From NCBI GenBank assembly GCA_000004985.1, contig GG738854.1: a stretch of 64,000 bases of DNA; one strand, written 5' to 3'. This document shows positions 1 to 11,217 of this stretch, piece by piece. The translations under genes were made by a program, and so were the position numbers. The first letter of the stretch is position 1. Each line of letters starts with the position of its first letter. The notes under the pieces are model-generated. The model ran no database searches. It was not told where the DNA came from and worked only from the letters and a program-made list of their open reading frames with translations. The stretch is from Naegleria gruberi. Lineage: Eukaryota.

Positions 1-245
1 ATATATTTTAGTGAAATTCAATATTTTCACTAAAATCATCATCACCGCCAGATTTATATGATAATTTGGAAAACTTTCAATCTAGTATTGTTCAGCATGG
101 TCGATTCCATCAGGTAAAATTACTTCCGAATATTTTCCTATTGGTTATCATGATGATAGGTTCATGTATATTTTCAACATGTACATATACCATATCTCAA
201 CATGTACTTCACCAACTTGAAAAATGTCTTTCATCACTACTATTC
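1..245. repeat. Left arm of a large inverted repeat (diverged; copy B equivalent about 12290-12813)
   Basis: Positions 30-245 are the reverse complement of 2510-2720, diverged to about 70-80% identity. The core ctcaacatgtacttcaccaacttg matches perfectly for 24 bp, and actaaaatcatcatcac matches for 17 bp. In copy B the inverted arm extends at least 500 bp (12290-12813 vs the reverse complement of 15073-15568). Confidence 0.7.
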
Positions 246-1476
246 AAATAGATAATAAACAATATATTTATTATCAGATTTTTATCATTTTGTGTTTTTG
301 CCAATTTCGGGTTATTCATGGTCACCAATCATGATCCATGCCAAAAGTACACAGCCAATCATCTTGAAACATTAATAAACTTTTATTAGTATTATTGTAG
401 GTGTACTATATAAATTATTTCGTCTTGTTTCGTTGAAATCATGAAGATTTGGATTTTTCTGTTTTTCATTAAATTTCACATCACCTACACCATATTTGTT
501 GATGTAAACTAGACTAGTTACATGTACATAATCAATGGTTGATTCTCTAATCATGTTTTAGTGTTGTTTTGTGTATTTAGGATTTTGAAATCTTGCGAAT
601 TATCCTGAGGTTATTCTTCATATAAATATGATTCCTCACTTCATGATATGAGGAGGGATTGATATCATGATTATTTGGAAGTGTTGTACAAATTTTGGAC
701 ACTATCTTAATTGAAATCAGGTAGAAAGAGTCCAATCTTTAACACCATATAAAATATGACTTGTGGCGATGGTTTTGACCTTGTTGTTCATACCTCCAAC
801 ATTGGAAAAGTAGAATGATAAACACCTTTTCTCATCATATTCAATATTTATGGAAGTTATGACCATAAGGATAAATTTCGCATGACCCAAGCATGCAGAT
901 TTTATTCGCCTAGATAAATTTCGCCTAAATTTTAGGCGAAATAAATCGCCTAGAACATAATCTCTTAAATAACCCAAATAAATCAACTCTGAATCCTAAC
1001 CAACCCCAAGCTCTCGCAGTATATGTTAGTAACTGCTACAAAAATTCATCATGGTACAATCGTCCCACTGACTCCTTCATCAAAAACAAAAAATACACTT
1101 CTGCTTACCAAAGGCAACAGCTGTCCCAACCACTTAGCCCGAACCAAACGTCCAAACACTGAACAGAACTAGATGGTTGAACAGCTAGTCTCTTATATCA
1201 TAACGAAGTAGATGTTGAAAAAGTTGGTTATCTTTGAAATTCAATTGATCTTAATGATGTTTAAGGAAATAAGGTTAATTGTTCGATTTAAGGTGAAAGA
1301 AATGAAATAAAAAGAAAAAACAAGAATTTTATTATTTTAATATCATTGTGTAATGTTCACAATGAGTTTGATAATTTTTGAATCACTCTTGAAGGAGTGA
1401 ATCATAAATAAAAGGTGTAAGTTTATTAATGTCTCTTGTATCAATAACGACCTGAGAGACCACACTTTTTCGGCAT

Positions 1477-2310
1477 TTAAGGACTCTGTGCAACATTTGA
1501 ATGATTTGGGTTAAGATTGAGTGCCGTTGAGTGAGTGTGCCTAAAGTAGGCGGATTGGAATTTTGAGTTTTTGATAAAAGGTTGTCGGGAGGGACGGTTG
1601 TACCACATAGTGTTTTTGTAACAATTTTCTAAATAAATGGCGAATGCCTTGTAAATTTCTAGAGCTACAGCCTTAGGAAGTCTTTTGTTCTTTGACCATA
1701 AGAGCCAGTCGCTGCGAGAGCAGCTTCCGTTAAAATCAATAATAAGGCAGTTCCTCACTTTGTCTGAAGGGAGACGAATCGGATCGAGGTTAAATTTGGA
1801 GGAAATATTGTCCCAAGTAGCATACAGTTCCTGTTTTTCATGGTTGCTTTTAGAGCACGATGAGAAAACGTGTGTCCAGTCTTCGGCAGTTTGACATGAA
1901 TCACAGGTTGTATTGTTATCTAGAATAATAGCGTGGTGAAGGTTTAGGAAAAGGAGTCTTTGTTGATAGTAGGAGAGATGGAAATTTCTCCAAAAGGAAA
2001 CAGTTGAAAGGTGCCAATTAAGATTTGAATCTAACTGGCCCAACTCTGAGATGGTTTTTTTGGATCTTTTGAGTTCAAGAATATCGTTTCGTAAGTTGGT
2101 GATGGGTTTGTGTGACGATCTGTCACAAAGAACCCATCCACTCTCTGTTGGATTGAAGTATGCATTGAGTTTGTTGATATTTAAGGCTGCATTTGTCCAG
2201 AGAGAGTCTGTAGATTTGCCTCGGAGAGCTTTTTGAATCGAGGCCCTTGCAATGTTGCGGGTGATTGTGGATGAGGAGTTCACAAATCTACAGACCGATG
2301 CTGTGCATTC
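1477..2310 (-). mobile_element. Degenerate non-LTR (LINE-like) retrotransposon 3' fragment, 5'-truncated
   Basis: The minus-strand ORF 1477-2541 contains C-D-S-C-x4-E-D-W-T-H-V-F-S-S-C-x13-W. This is the Cys/His pattern of the reverse-transcriptase zinc-binding (zf-RVT-like) tail found at the C-terminus of non-LTR ORF2 proteins. No intact RT motifs are recognisable upstream. The 5' end of the ORF runs into an 83-bp tandem duplication. Confidence 0.4.
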
Positions 2311-2314
2311 AATG

Positions 2315-2480
2315 TCTAACACATCTACAGGAGACGTGACTAGAAATCTCTCTCCAAGCCAAAACACAAAATAATGAAAAACTGATATTAAATATGGTCT
2401 AACACATCTACAGGAGACGTGGCTAGAAATCTCTCTCCAAGCCAAAACACAAAATAATGAAAAACTGATATTAAATATGG
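2315..2480. repeat. 83-bp direct tandem duplication (2 units); the same structure occurs at 14883-15048
   Basis: The unit tctaacacatctacaggagacgtgactagaaatctctctccaagccaaaacacaaaataatgaaaaactgatattaaatatggt is repeated twice head-to-tail with a single substitution (gtgactag/gtggctag). Confidence 0.85.
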
Positions 2481-2504
2481 TGTTTATTAGTGATTTAAAC
2501 AATA

Positions 2505-3000
2505 GTACTAGAAGAAAAGTATCCAAGTTGGTGAAGTACATGTTGAGTTATGGTCCATGTACTTTTTTGAAAATTCACATGTACCTATCCCTATCAAAAC
2601 TTGATGAAAATCCACCGTTCAAATTTACTATGCTACTATTGACCATTTCCAACAATCCTACATTAATAGTTTTCCAATCTTTCCAATGGATTCAACAGTG
2701 ATGATGATTTTAGTAAAATGTTGAGTTTCACCAAAATAAAGATATTTCCAAGACATAGAAATCACCCATACTATTCTACTATATTAAATATATCTATGAT
2801 GACGGTTGGTGAGTGTTCCGATGATGGTTTACCAACTTGAAAAATTATAATCCAAAAATTGATTTACTATTTTATGATGAAAGTCCAATAATAAAAATTA
2901 CTACTATTACTACTATTTAGATGATGTTGAGATGATGATGTGAAAGTTTGGCAGCTTACGGATGTGAAACCACTCGAAGAATCATCAAAGTACATCACGT
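2505..3000. repeat. Right arm of the inverted repeat (copy B equivalent 15073-15568)
   Basis: See the left-arm entry. The two arms flank a 2.27-kb core that holds the LINE fragment and the 83-bp duplication. The arm sequence belongs to a roughly 0.5-0.8 kb repeat family that recurs at 3290-3990. Confidence 0.7.
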
Positions 3001-3289
3001 ACTAGATATTGAAATATTTTTTCACATATTCTTAAATGAACAAACAAACCTTGCTTCAAATGGATGAATGACATGCTATGAGAAAAACAATAAAAACATG
3101 AAAATATCAGATATCCATGATTTTCACAAATTATGCTACAAGACTTGAAATTATACATTTAATAACATAATAAACATTATGAATTGTTGTTTTATTGTTG
3201 TTTGATTTGTAATTGGGCTATGAATCAACTCTGATAGCATCAAATATCGGAACTTGGTAAATTGACAACATGACGAAAATCTGATAATA

Positions 3290-3990
3290 AATATGATGTT
3301 TATTATCTGTTTAAATAGTAGTACTAAAAGACATGATTCAAGTTGGTGAAGTACATGTTGAGTTATAGTCCATGTACTTTTTCAAAATTCACATGTACCT
3401 AACCCTATCATAACTTGACCAAAATTGATAAGAGAAAATTCTCTTACCTACTATTGACCATTCCGAACAATACTACATTGACAGTTTTCCAACTTGTCCA
3501 GTAGATCCAGCAGTGATGATGAATTTAGTGAAAATTTTGACATTTCACCAAAATTACATTACTAAAAATTAATTTCCACAAATACTATTATTATATTGAT
3601 GGGAAACAATAATGATGATGGTTGGTGAATGATCCGATGATGGAACACCAAATTGTGATTTTCCATCATGAAAAATAACTTCCAATTTCATGATGATAAT
3701 CCACCAATAAAAATTACTATTATTACTACTATATAGATCATGTTGAGATGATGATGTGAAAGTTTGGTGGTTTTATGATGTAAAACCACTCCGAAAATCA
3801 TCATGTCCTCCTTGAGTAGATTTTATTTTTAGCCAACAAATTTTTTTTTGTGAAACCAAAGAAAAATCTTTACATAATTTTTCCAAATCATGATTAAATT
3901 CCAAAAGTTACTAGTAATACTATTATTTAAATCATGATGAGATGATGTGGTGAAATTCTTGGAGTTAATAGATGTGAAACTACTCAAAGA
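3290..3990. repeat. Additional direct, diverged copies of the arm repeat family
   Basis: Positions 3290-3560 are about 80% identical to 2480-2720 (gttggtgaagtacatgttgagttat..., ttgaccatt.c.aacaat.ctacatt.a.agttttccaa). Positions 3700-3800 and 3890-3990 repeat the tactattactactat...gatgatgtgaaagtttgg...gaaaccactc motif seen at 2900-2990. The inverted copy is at 12300-12400. Confidence 0.7.
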
Positions 3991-4520
3991 ATCAACAGTC
4001 GTGATGGACTGCTTGTTGCCAATATTTTTGAAATATTTTTGTTCCAGAAATTGAATTCCATTTAATGACTTCCAACATTGAATAAAGTAATATTTTGAAA
4101 CTAATTTTCTGATTATGTTATTGGAGTTGGTTAGTAGAGAGTTTTCTTAGTGTTTTCTGTAAAACACAATACCACGGTTTATGGTTATGATACATTACAG
4201 ATGGATAATATAGTTTATTTTTCAGTAACACTCTAACGTCGACACATTGGTCCCAACTTGTATTAATGTCCTGATAAGGTCATTTCTGGAATTTTGGAAC
4301 AAATAATTTTAAAACAGATATGTAAAATAAAGATTGTTTTGAAATAAAATGCAAAAATCGGTAATCCCTGACCTGTTGAACACATCAACCATTTGGCCAC
4401 ACGCTAAGCTGAAGGCTTCTTTTTGTATGCGTTACGTCTGTATTTGGCTAGCAAATAGATTTCGCACATATGTTTGTTGGAGTGGATAATAATTTGTTTT
4501 AAAATTATTATTGTAAAAAA

Positions 4521-6580
4521 ATGAACTTCGTTATAGTTATCCTTCTTTGCGTTTTTTTTGTAGTGCCAGTAAATACACAAACCCTGCTTTACAACATTAC
4601 CACTGTTGTTGGTGGGGGTAATGTTGGTGATGGTTTAGTTGCAACAAGTGCTAAATTATATTATCCTTCTGGAATTGCCATCAGTTCAAGTGATGAAACT
4701 TATATTGCTGATACAAACAATCATAGAATTCGTAAAATCACAACATCTGGTATAATTTCAACAATTGCTGGAAATGGAACAGCAGGATATAGTGGTGATG
4801 GTTCATCTGCAAAAAGTGCTCAATTATATTATCCTTCTGGAGTTGCCATCAGTTCAAGTGATGAAATTTATATTGTTGATAGAAGCAATAATAGAATTCG
4901 TAAAATCACAACATCTGGTATAATTTCAACAATTGCTGGAAATGGAACAGCAGGATATAGTGGTGATGGTCATCTGCAACAAGTGCTCAATTATATTTTC
5001 CTTCTGGAATTGCCATCAGTTCAAGTGATGAAATTTATATTGCTGATACAAACAATAATAGAATTCGTAAAATCACAACATCTGGTATAATTTCAACTAT
5101 TGCTGGAACTGGAGGGTATATGTTGGTGATGGTTTAGTTGCAACAAGTGCTAAATTATATTATCCTTCTGGAATTGCCATCAGTTCAAGTGATGAAACTT
5201 ATATTGCTGATACAAACAATCATAGAATTCGTAAAATCACAACATCTGGTATAATTTCAACAATTGCTGGAAATGGAACAGCAGGATATAGTGGTGATGG
5301 TTCATCTGCAAAAAGTGCTCAATTATATTATCCTTCTGGAGTTGCCATCAGTTCAAGTGATGAAATTTATATTGTTGATAGAAGCAATAATAGAATTCGT
5401 AAAATCACAACATCTGGTATAATTTCAACAATTGCTGGAAATGGAACAGCAGGATATAGTGGTGATGGTTCATCTGCAACAAGTGCTCAATTAAATTCTC
5501 CTTCTGGAATTGCCATCAGTTCAAGTGATGAAATTTATATTGCTGATATGTTCAATAATAGAATTCGTAAAATCACAACATCTGGTATTATTTCAACAAT
5601 TGCTGGAACTGGAACATCAGGATATAGTGGTGATGGTTCATCTGCAACAAGTATTCAATTATATTTTCCTTATGGAGTTGCAGTAAGTCTAAGTGATGAA
5701 ATTTATATTGCTGATATGTTCAATAATAGAATTCGTAAAATCACAACATCTGGTATCATTTCTACAATTGCTGGTGGTATAGGCGATGGACTATCAGCAA
5801 CTACAGCTTACATTAATGCCATTACGTTCGAATTTTCCTCAAGTGGTGAAATTTATATTGCTGATACAAACAATCATAGAATTCGTAAAATCACAACATC
5901 TGGTATAATTTCAACAATTGCCGGAACTGGAACATCAGGATATAGTGGTGATGGTTCATCTGCAACAAGTGCTCAATTAAATTCTCCTTATGGAATTGCT
6001 ATCAGTTCAAGTGGTGAAATTTATATTGCTGATACAAACAATAATAGAATTCGTAAAATCACAACATCTGGTATAATTTCAACAATTGCTGGAACTGGAA
6101 CACAAGGATATAGTGGTGATGGTTCATCTGCAACAAGTGCTCAATTATATAATCCTTATGGAGTTGCCATCAGTTCAAGAGGTGAAATTTATGTTGCTGA
6201 TTACAATAATAACAGAATTCGTAAAATCACAACATCTGGCATTATTTCAACAATTGCTGGAACTGGAACATCCGGCTATAGTGGTGATGGTTCATCTGCA
6301 ATAAGTGCTCAATTATATAATCCTTATGGAGTTGCCATCAGTTCAAGTGATGAAATTTATATTACTGATACAAACAATAACAGAATCAGAAAACTTAGTC
6401 CTTGGTGCACTGGAAATGCCATTCTTTTAGATGGATCTTGTGAGTATCCATGTTTTGGAACTACAAACAAAATTCCAGCTGTTGTATGCTCTGGAAAAGG
6501 TTCATGTATTGGCTATAATCAATGCAATTGCACAGCTGATTACTTTGGTTACAAATGTGATGAATTTTATTGCTATGAGT
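4521..6580 (+). CDS. 5' part of an NHL-repeat/EGF receptor-kinase paralog, frame-disrupted and ending in an N-gap
   Basis: It starts with a signal peptide, [21 protein letters not shown]. It then carries at least 11 tandem NHL-type repeats of about 56 aa (168 bp), of the form [53 protein letters not shown]. It ends in the first EGF-like repeat, CEYPCFG...CDEFYCYE, at the gap. The reading frame breaks at about 4975, where ggtgatggtcatctg replaces ggtgatggttcatctg (a 1-bp deletion). It breaks again at about 5110, where a roughly 0.5-kb internal tandem duplication (5117-5500 copying 4610-4990) joins. The last 460 bp are nearly identical to 18720-19190. Confidence 0.55.
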
Positions 6581-6648
6581 NNNNNNNNNNNNNNNNNNNN
6601 NNNNNNNNNNNNNNNNNNNNNNNNNNNNNNNNNNNNNNNNNNNNNNNN

Positions 6649-7128
6649 AACCCAAACCCAAACCCAAACCCAAACCCAAACCTTAACCCAAACCCAAACC
6701 CAAACCCAAACCCAAACCCAAACCCAAACCCAAACCCAAACCCAAACCCAAACCCAAACCCAAACCCAAACCCAAACCCAAACCCAAACCCAAACCCAAA
6801 CCCAAACCCAAACCCAAACCCAAACCCAAACCCAAACCCAAACCCAAACCCAAACCCAAACCCAAACCCAAACCCAAACCCAAACCCAAACCCAAACCCT
6901 AAACCCAAACCCAAACCCAAACCCAAACCCAAACCCAAACCCAAACCCAAACCCAAACCCAAACCCAAACCCAAACCCAAACCCAAACCCAAACCCAAAC
7001 CCAAACCCAAACCCAAACCCAAACCCAAACCCAAACCCAAACCCAAACCCAAACCCAAACCCAAACCCAAACCCAAACCCAAACCCAAACCCAAACCCAA
7101 ACCCAAACCCAAACACAAACCCACACAC
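6649..7128. repeat. Telomeric repeat tract (CCCAAA)n, i.e. (TTTGGG)n on the G-strand
   Basis: About 78 perfect 6-bp units of aaccca/cccaaa, with a few variants (ccttaaccc, ccctaaaccc) and the distal end cccaaacacaaacccacacac. It is preceded by the 68-N gap (6581-6648). Confidence 0.9.
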
Positions 7129-10100
7129 TATTGATACCATTGTGTTCACAATTGAAAATCTAGTCGATTGATATTAGTTTCATCAATTGGTAATATTAAT
7201 ATGGTCAATTAGGGTATCTCAAAGTCAATTTTGAAAAACTAAGAGTAGCTATATAAAATGTCTAATAAATCATAATTATATATCAAAACTGATATCAAAA
7301 TGCTTCAAATTACATATATAACATGATAGAATTGAAATAAATATCATATCTCATATTAAATATTGAGATAGTCAATTAAGGTACCTCAATATGGAAGTAC
7401 CCTAAGGATAATGAGATTCATTACCAAATTGATACAATATGTTATTAACATCATATAATGATGTTCCTATCAATTTCATATCATTTGGACATCATTCAAC
7501 ATTCATGTCATTCAACCATGTCAGCAACTACTCATGGCAATATGAAAAGTCAATATCAAGAGTTGCAACAAGATAGAGTATCATACCACTACTCTTATAA
7601 TTGATATTGATAACGTTTCTGAGTGATAGAAATCAATATCTATATAATTGGAATATCTGCCAAGCTACTGTCCTAATTGATCAAAGGTATCATTCTTACA
7701 TGTCAATAATGGTAAGAATCAATACCAATTCAATATTATCATGTTATAATCATCATATACTCTCNNNNNNNNNNNNNNNNNNNNNNNNNNNNNNNNNNNN
7801 NNNNNNNNNNNNNNNNNNNNNNNNNNNNNNNNNNNNNNNNNNNNNNNNNNNNNNNNNNNNNNNNNNNNNNNNNNNNNNNNNNNNNNNNNNNNNNNNNNNN
7901 NNNNNNNNNNNNNNNNNNNNNNNNNNNNNNNNNNNNNNNNNNNNNNNNNNNNNNNNNNNNNNNNNNNNNNNNNNNNNNNNNNNNNNNNNNNNNNNNNNNN
8001 NNNNNNNNNNNNNNNNNNNNNNNNNNNNNNNNNNNNNNNNNNNNNNNNNNNNNNNNNNNNNNNNNNNNNNNNNNNNNNNNNNNNNNNNNNNNNNNNNNNN
8101 NNNNNNNNNNNNNNNNNNNNNNNNNNNNNNNNNNNNNNNNNNNNNNNNNNNNNNNNNNNNNNNNNNNNNNNNNNNNNNNNNNNNNNNNNNNNNNNNNNNN
8201 NNNNNNNNNNNNNNNNNNNNNNNNNNNNNNNNNNNNNNNNNNNNNNNNNNNNNNNNNNNNNNNNNNNNNNNNNNNNNNNNNNNNNNNNNNNNNNNNNNNN
8301 NNNNNNNNNNNNNNNNNNNNNNNNNNNNNNNNNNNNNNNNNNNNNNNNNNNNNNNNNNNNNNNNNNNNNNNNNNNNNNNNNNNNNNNNNNNNNNNNNNNN
8401 NNNNNNNNNNNNNNNNNNNNNNNNNNNNNNNNNNNNNNNNNNNNNNNNNNNNNNNNNNNNNNNNNNNNNNNNNNNNNNNNNNNNNNNNNNNNNNNNNNNN
8501 NNNNNNNNNNNNNNNNNNNNNNNNNNNNNNNNNNNNNNNNNNNNNNNNNNNNNNNNNNNNNNNNNNNNNNNNNNNNNNNNNNNNNNNNNNNNNNNNNNNN
8601 NNNNNNNNNNNNNNNNNNNNNNNNNNNNNNNNNNNNNNNNNNNNNNNNNNNNNNNNNNNNNNNNNNNNNNNNNNNNNNNNNNNNNNNNNNNNNNNNNNNN
8701 NNNNNNNNNNNNNNNNNNNNNNNNNNNNNNNNNNNNNNNNNNNNNNNNNNNNNNNNNNNNNNNNNNNNNNNNNNNNNNNNNNNNNNNNNNNNNNNNNNNN
8801 NNNNNNNNNNNNNNNNNNNNNNNNNNNNNNNNNNNNNNNNNNNNNNNNNNNNNNNNNNNNNNNNNNNNNNNNNNNNNNNNNNNNNNNNNNNNNNNNNNNN
8901 NNNNNNNNNNNNNNNNNNNNNNNNNNNNNNNNNNNNNNNNNNNNNNNNNNNNNNNNNNNNNNNNNNNNNNNNNNNNNNNNNNNNNNNNNNNNNNNNNNNN
9001 NNNNNNNNNNNNNNNNNNNNNNNNNNNNNNNNNNNNNNNNNNNNNNNNNNNNNNNNNNNNNNNNNNNNNNNNNNNNNNNNNNNNNNNNNNNNNNNNNNNN
9101 NNNNNNNNNNNNNNNNNNNNNNNNNNNNNNNNNNNNNNNNNNNNNNNNNNNNNNNNNNNNNNNNNNNNNNNNNNNNNNNNNNNNNNNNNNNNNNNNNNNN
9201 NNNNNNNNNNNNNNNNNNNNNNNNNNNNNNNNNNNNNNNNNNNNNNNNNNNNNNNNNNNNNNNNNNNNNNNNNNNNNNNNNNNNNNNNNNNNNNNNNNNN
9301 NNNNNNNNNNNNNNNNNNNNNNNNNNNNNNNNNNNNNNNNNNNNNNNNNNNNNNNNNNNNNNNNNNNNNNNNNNNNNNNNNNNNNNNNNNNNNNNNNNNN
9401 NNNNNNNNNNNNNNNNNNNNNNNNNNNNNNNNNNNNNNNNNNNNNNNNNNNNNNNNNNNNNNNNNNNNNNNNNNNNNNNNNNNNNNNNNNNNNNNNNNNN
9501 NNNNNNNNNNNNNNNNNNNNNNNNNNNNNNNNNNNNNNNNNNNNNNNNNNNNNNNNNNNNNNNNNNNNNNNNNNNNNNNNNNNNNNNNNNNNNNNNNNNN
9601 NNNNNNNNNNNNNNNNNNNNNNNNNNNNNNNNNNNNNNNNNNNNNNNNNNNNNNNNNNNNNNNNNNNNNNNNNNNNNNNNNNNNNNNNNNNNNNNNNNNN
9701 NNNNNNNNNNNNNNNNNNNNNNNNNNNNNNNNNNNNNNNNNNNNNNNNNNNNNNNNNNNNNNNNNNNNNNNNNNNNNNNNNNNNNNNNNNNNNNNNNNNN
9801 NNNNNNNNNNNNNNNNNNNNNNNNNNNNNNNNNNNNNNNNNNNNNNNNNNNNNNNNNNNNNNNNNNNNNNNNNNNNNNNNNNNNNNNNNNNNNNNNNNNN
9901 NNNNNNNNNNNNNNNNNNNNNNNNNNNNNNNNNNNNNNNNNNNNNNNNNNNNNNNNNNNNNNNNNNNNNNNNNNNNNNNNNNNNNNNNNNNNNNNNNNNN
10001 NNNNNNNNNNNNNNNNNNNNNNNNNNNNNNNNNNNNNNNNNNNNNNNNNNNNNNNNNNNNNNNNNNNNNNNNNNNNNNNNNNNNNNNNNNNNNNNNNNNN

Positions 10101-11217
10101 NNNNNNNNNNNNNNNNNNNNNNNNNNNNNNNNNNNNNNNNNNNNNNNNNNNNNNNNNNNNNNNNNNNNNNNNNNNNNNNNNNNNNNNNNNNNNNNNNNNN
10201 NNNNNNNNNNNNNNNNNNNNNNNNNNNNNNNNNNNNNNNNNNNNNNNNNNNNNNNNNNNNNNNNNNNNNNNNNNNNNNNNNNNNNNNNNNNNNNNNNNNN
10301 NNNNNNNNNNNNNNNNNNNNNNNNNNNNNNNNNNNNNNNNNNNNNNNNNNNNNNNNNNNNNNNNNNNNNNNNNNNNNNNNNNNNNNNNNNNNNNNNNNNN
10401 NNNNNNNNNNNNNNNNNNNNNNNNNNNNNNNNNNNNNNNNNNNNNNNNNNNNNNNNNNNNNNNNNNNNNNNNNNNNNNNNNNNNNNNNNNNNNNNNNNNN
10501 NNNNNNNNNNNNNNNNNNNNNNNNNNNNNNNNNNNNNNNNNNNNNNNNNNNNNNNNNNNNNNNNNNNNNNNNNNNNNNNNNNNNNNNNNNNNNNNNNNNN
10601 NNNNNNNNNNNNNNNNNNNNNNNNNNNNNNNNNNNNNNNNNNNNNNNNNNNNNNNNNNNNNNNNNNNNNNNNNNNNNNNNNNNNNNNNNNNNNNNNNNNN
10701 NNNNNNNNNNNNNNNNNNNNNNNNNNNNNNNNNNNNNNNNNNNNNNNNNNNNNNNNNNNNNNNNNNNNNNNNNNNNNNNNNNNNNNNNNNNNNNNNNNNN
10801 NNNNNNNNNNNNNNNNNNNNNNNNNNNNNNNNNNNNNNNNNNNNNNNNNNNNNNNNNNNNNNNNNNNNNNNNNNNNNNNNNNNNNNNNNNNNNNNNNNNN
10901 NNNNNNNNNNNNNNNNNNNNNNNNNNNNNNNNNNNNNNNNNNNNNNNNNNNNNNNNNNNNNNNNNNNNNNNNNNNNNNNNNNNNNNNNNNNNNNNNNNNN
11001 NNNNNNNNNNNNNNNNNNNNNNNNNNNNNNNNNNNNNNNNNNNNNNNNNNNNNNNNNNNNNNNNNNNNNNNNNNNNNNNNNNNNNNNNNNNNNNNNNNNN
11101 NNNNNNNNNNNNNNNNNNNNNNNNNNNNNNNNNNNNNNNNNNNNNNNNNNNNNNNNNNNNNNNNNNNNNNNNNNNNNNNNNNNNNNNNNNNNNNNNNNNN
11201 NNNNNNNNNNNNNNNNN

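Larger units (their letters stand above)
1..3056. repeat. Segmental duplication copy A (subtelomeric block), truncated by the window start
   Basis: Positions 1-3056 align base-for-base with 12569-15624 at an offset of 12568. I saw only a few mismatches, e.g. gatattg/gatgttg and aaatgaac/aactgaac. Identity ends at 3057/15625, where the flanks diverge. Confidence 0.85.

Noticed and set aside
66-986. Small ORFs in the duplicated subtelomeric block (66-251, 372-554, 717-986 and their copies at 12634-13554)
   Set aside because: They begin at non-ATG codons (the track reports TTG etc. as M), lie in repeat arms, and have no recognisable domains. They are likely spurious.
6649-7128. Possible CRISPR array or prokaryotic repeat locus
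   Set aside because: The repeat is a 6-bp telomeric satellite with no spacers. The window has spliced GT-AG genes, eukaryotic domain architectures and a proteasome Rpn1 gene, so it is a eukaryotic chromosome, not a prokaryote.
6461-7171. ORFs encoding [30 protein letters not shown] and TQTQTQ peptides
   Set aside because: These are six-frame translations of the (CCCAAA)n telomeric repeat and its complement (also at 16029-18078), not genes.
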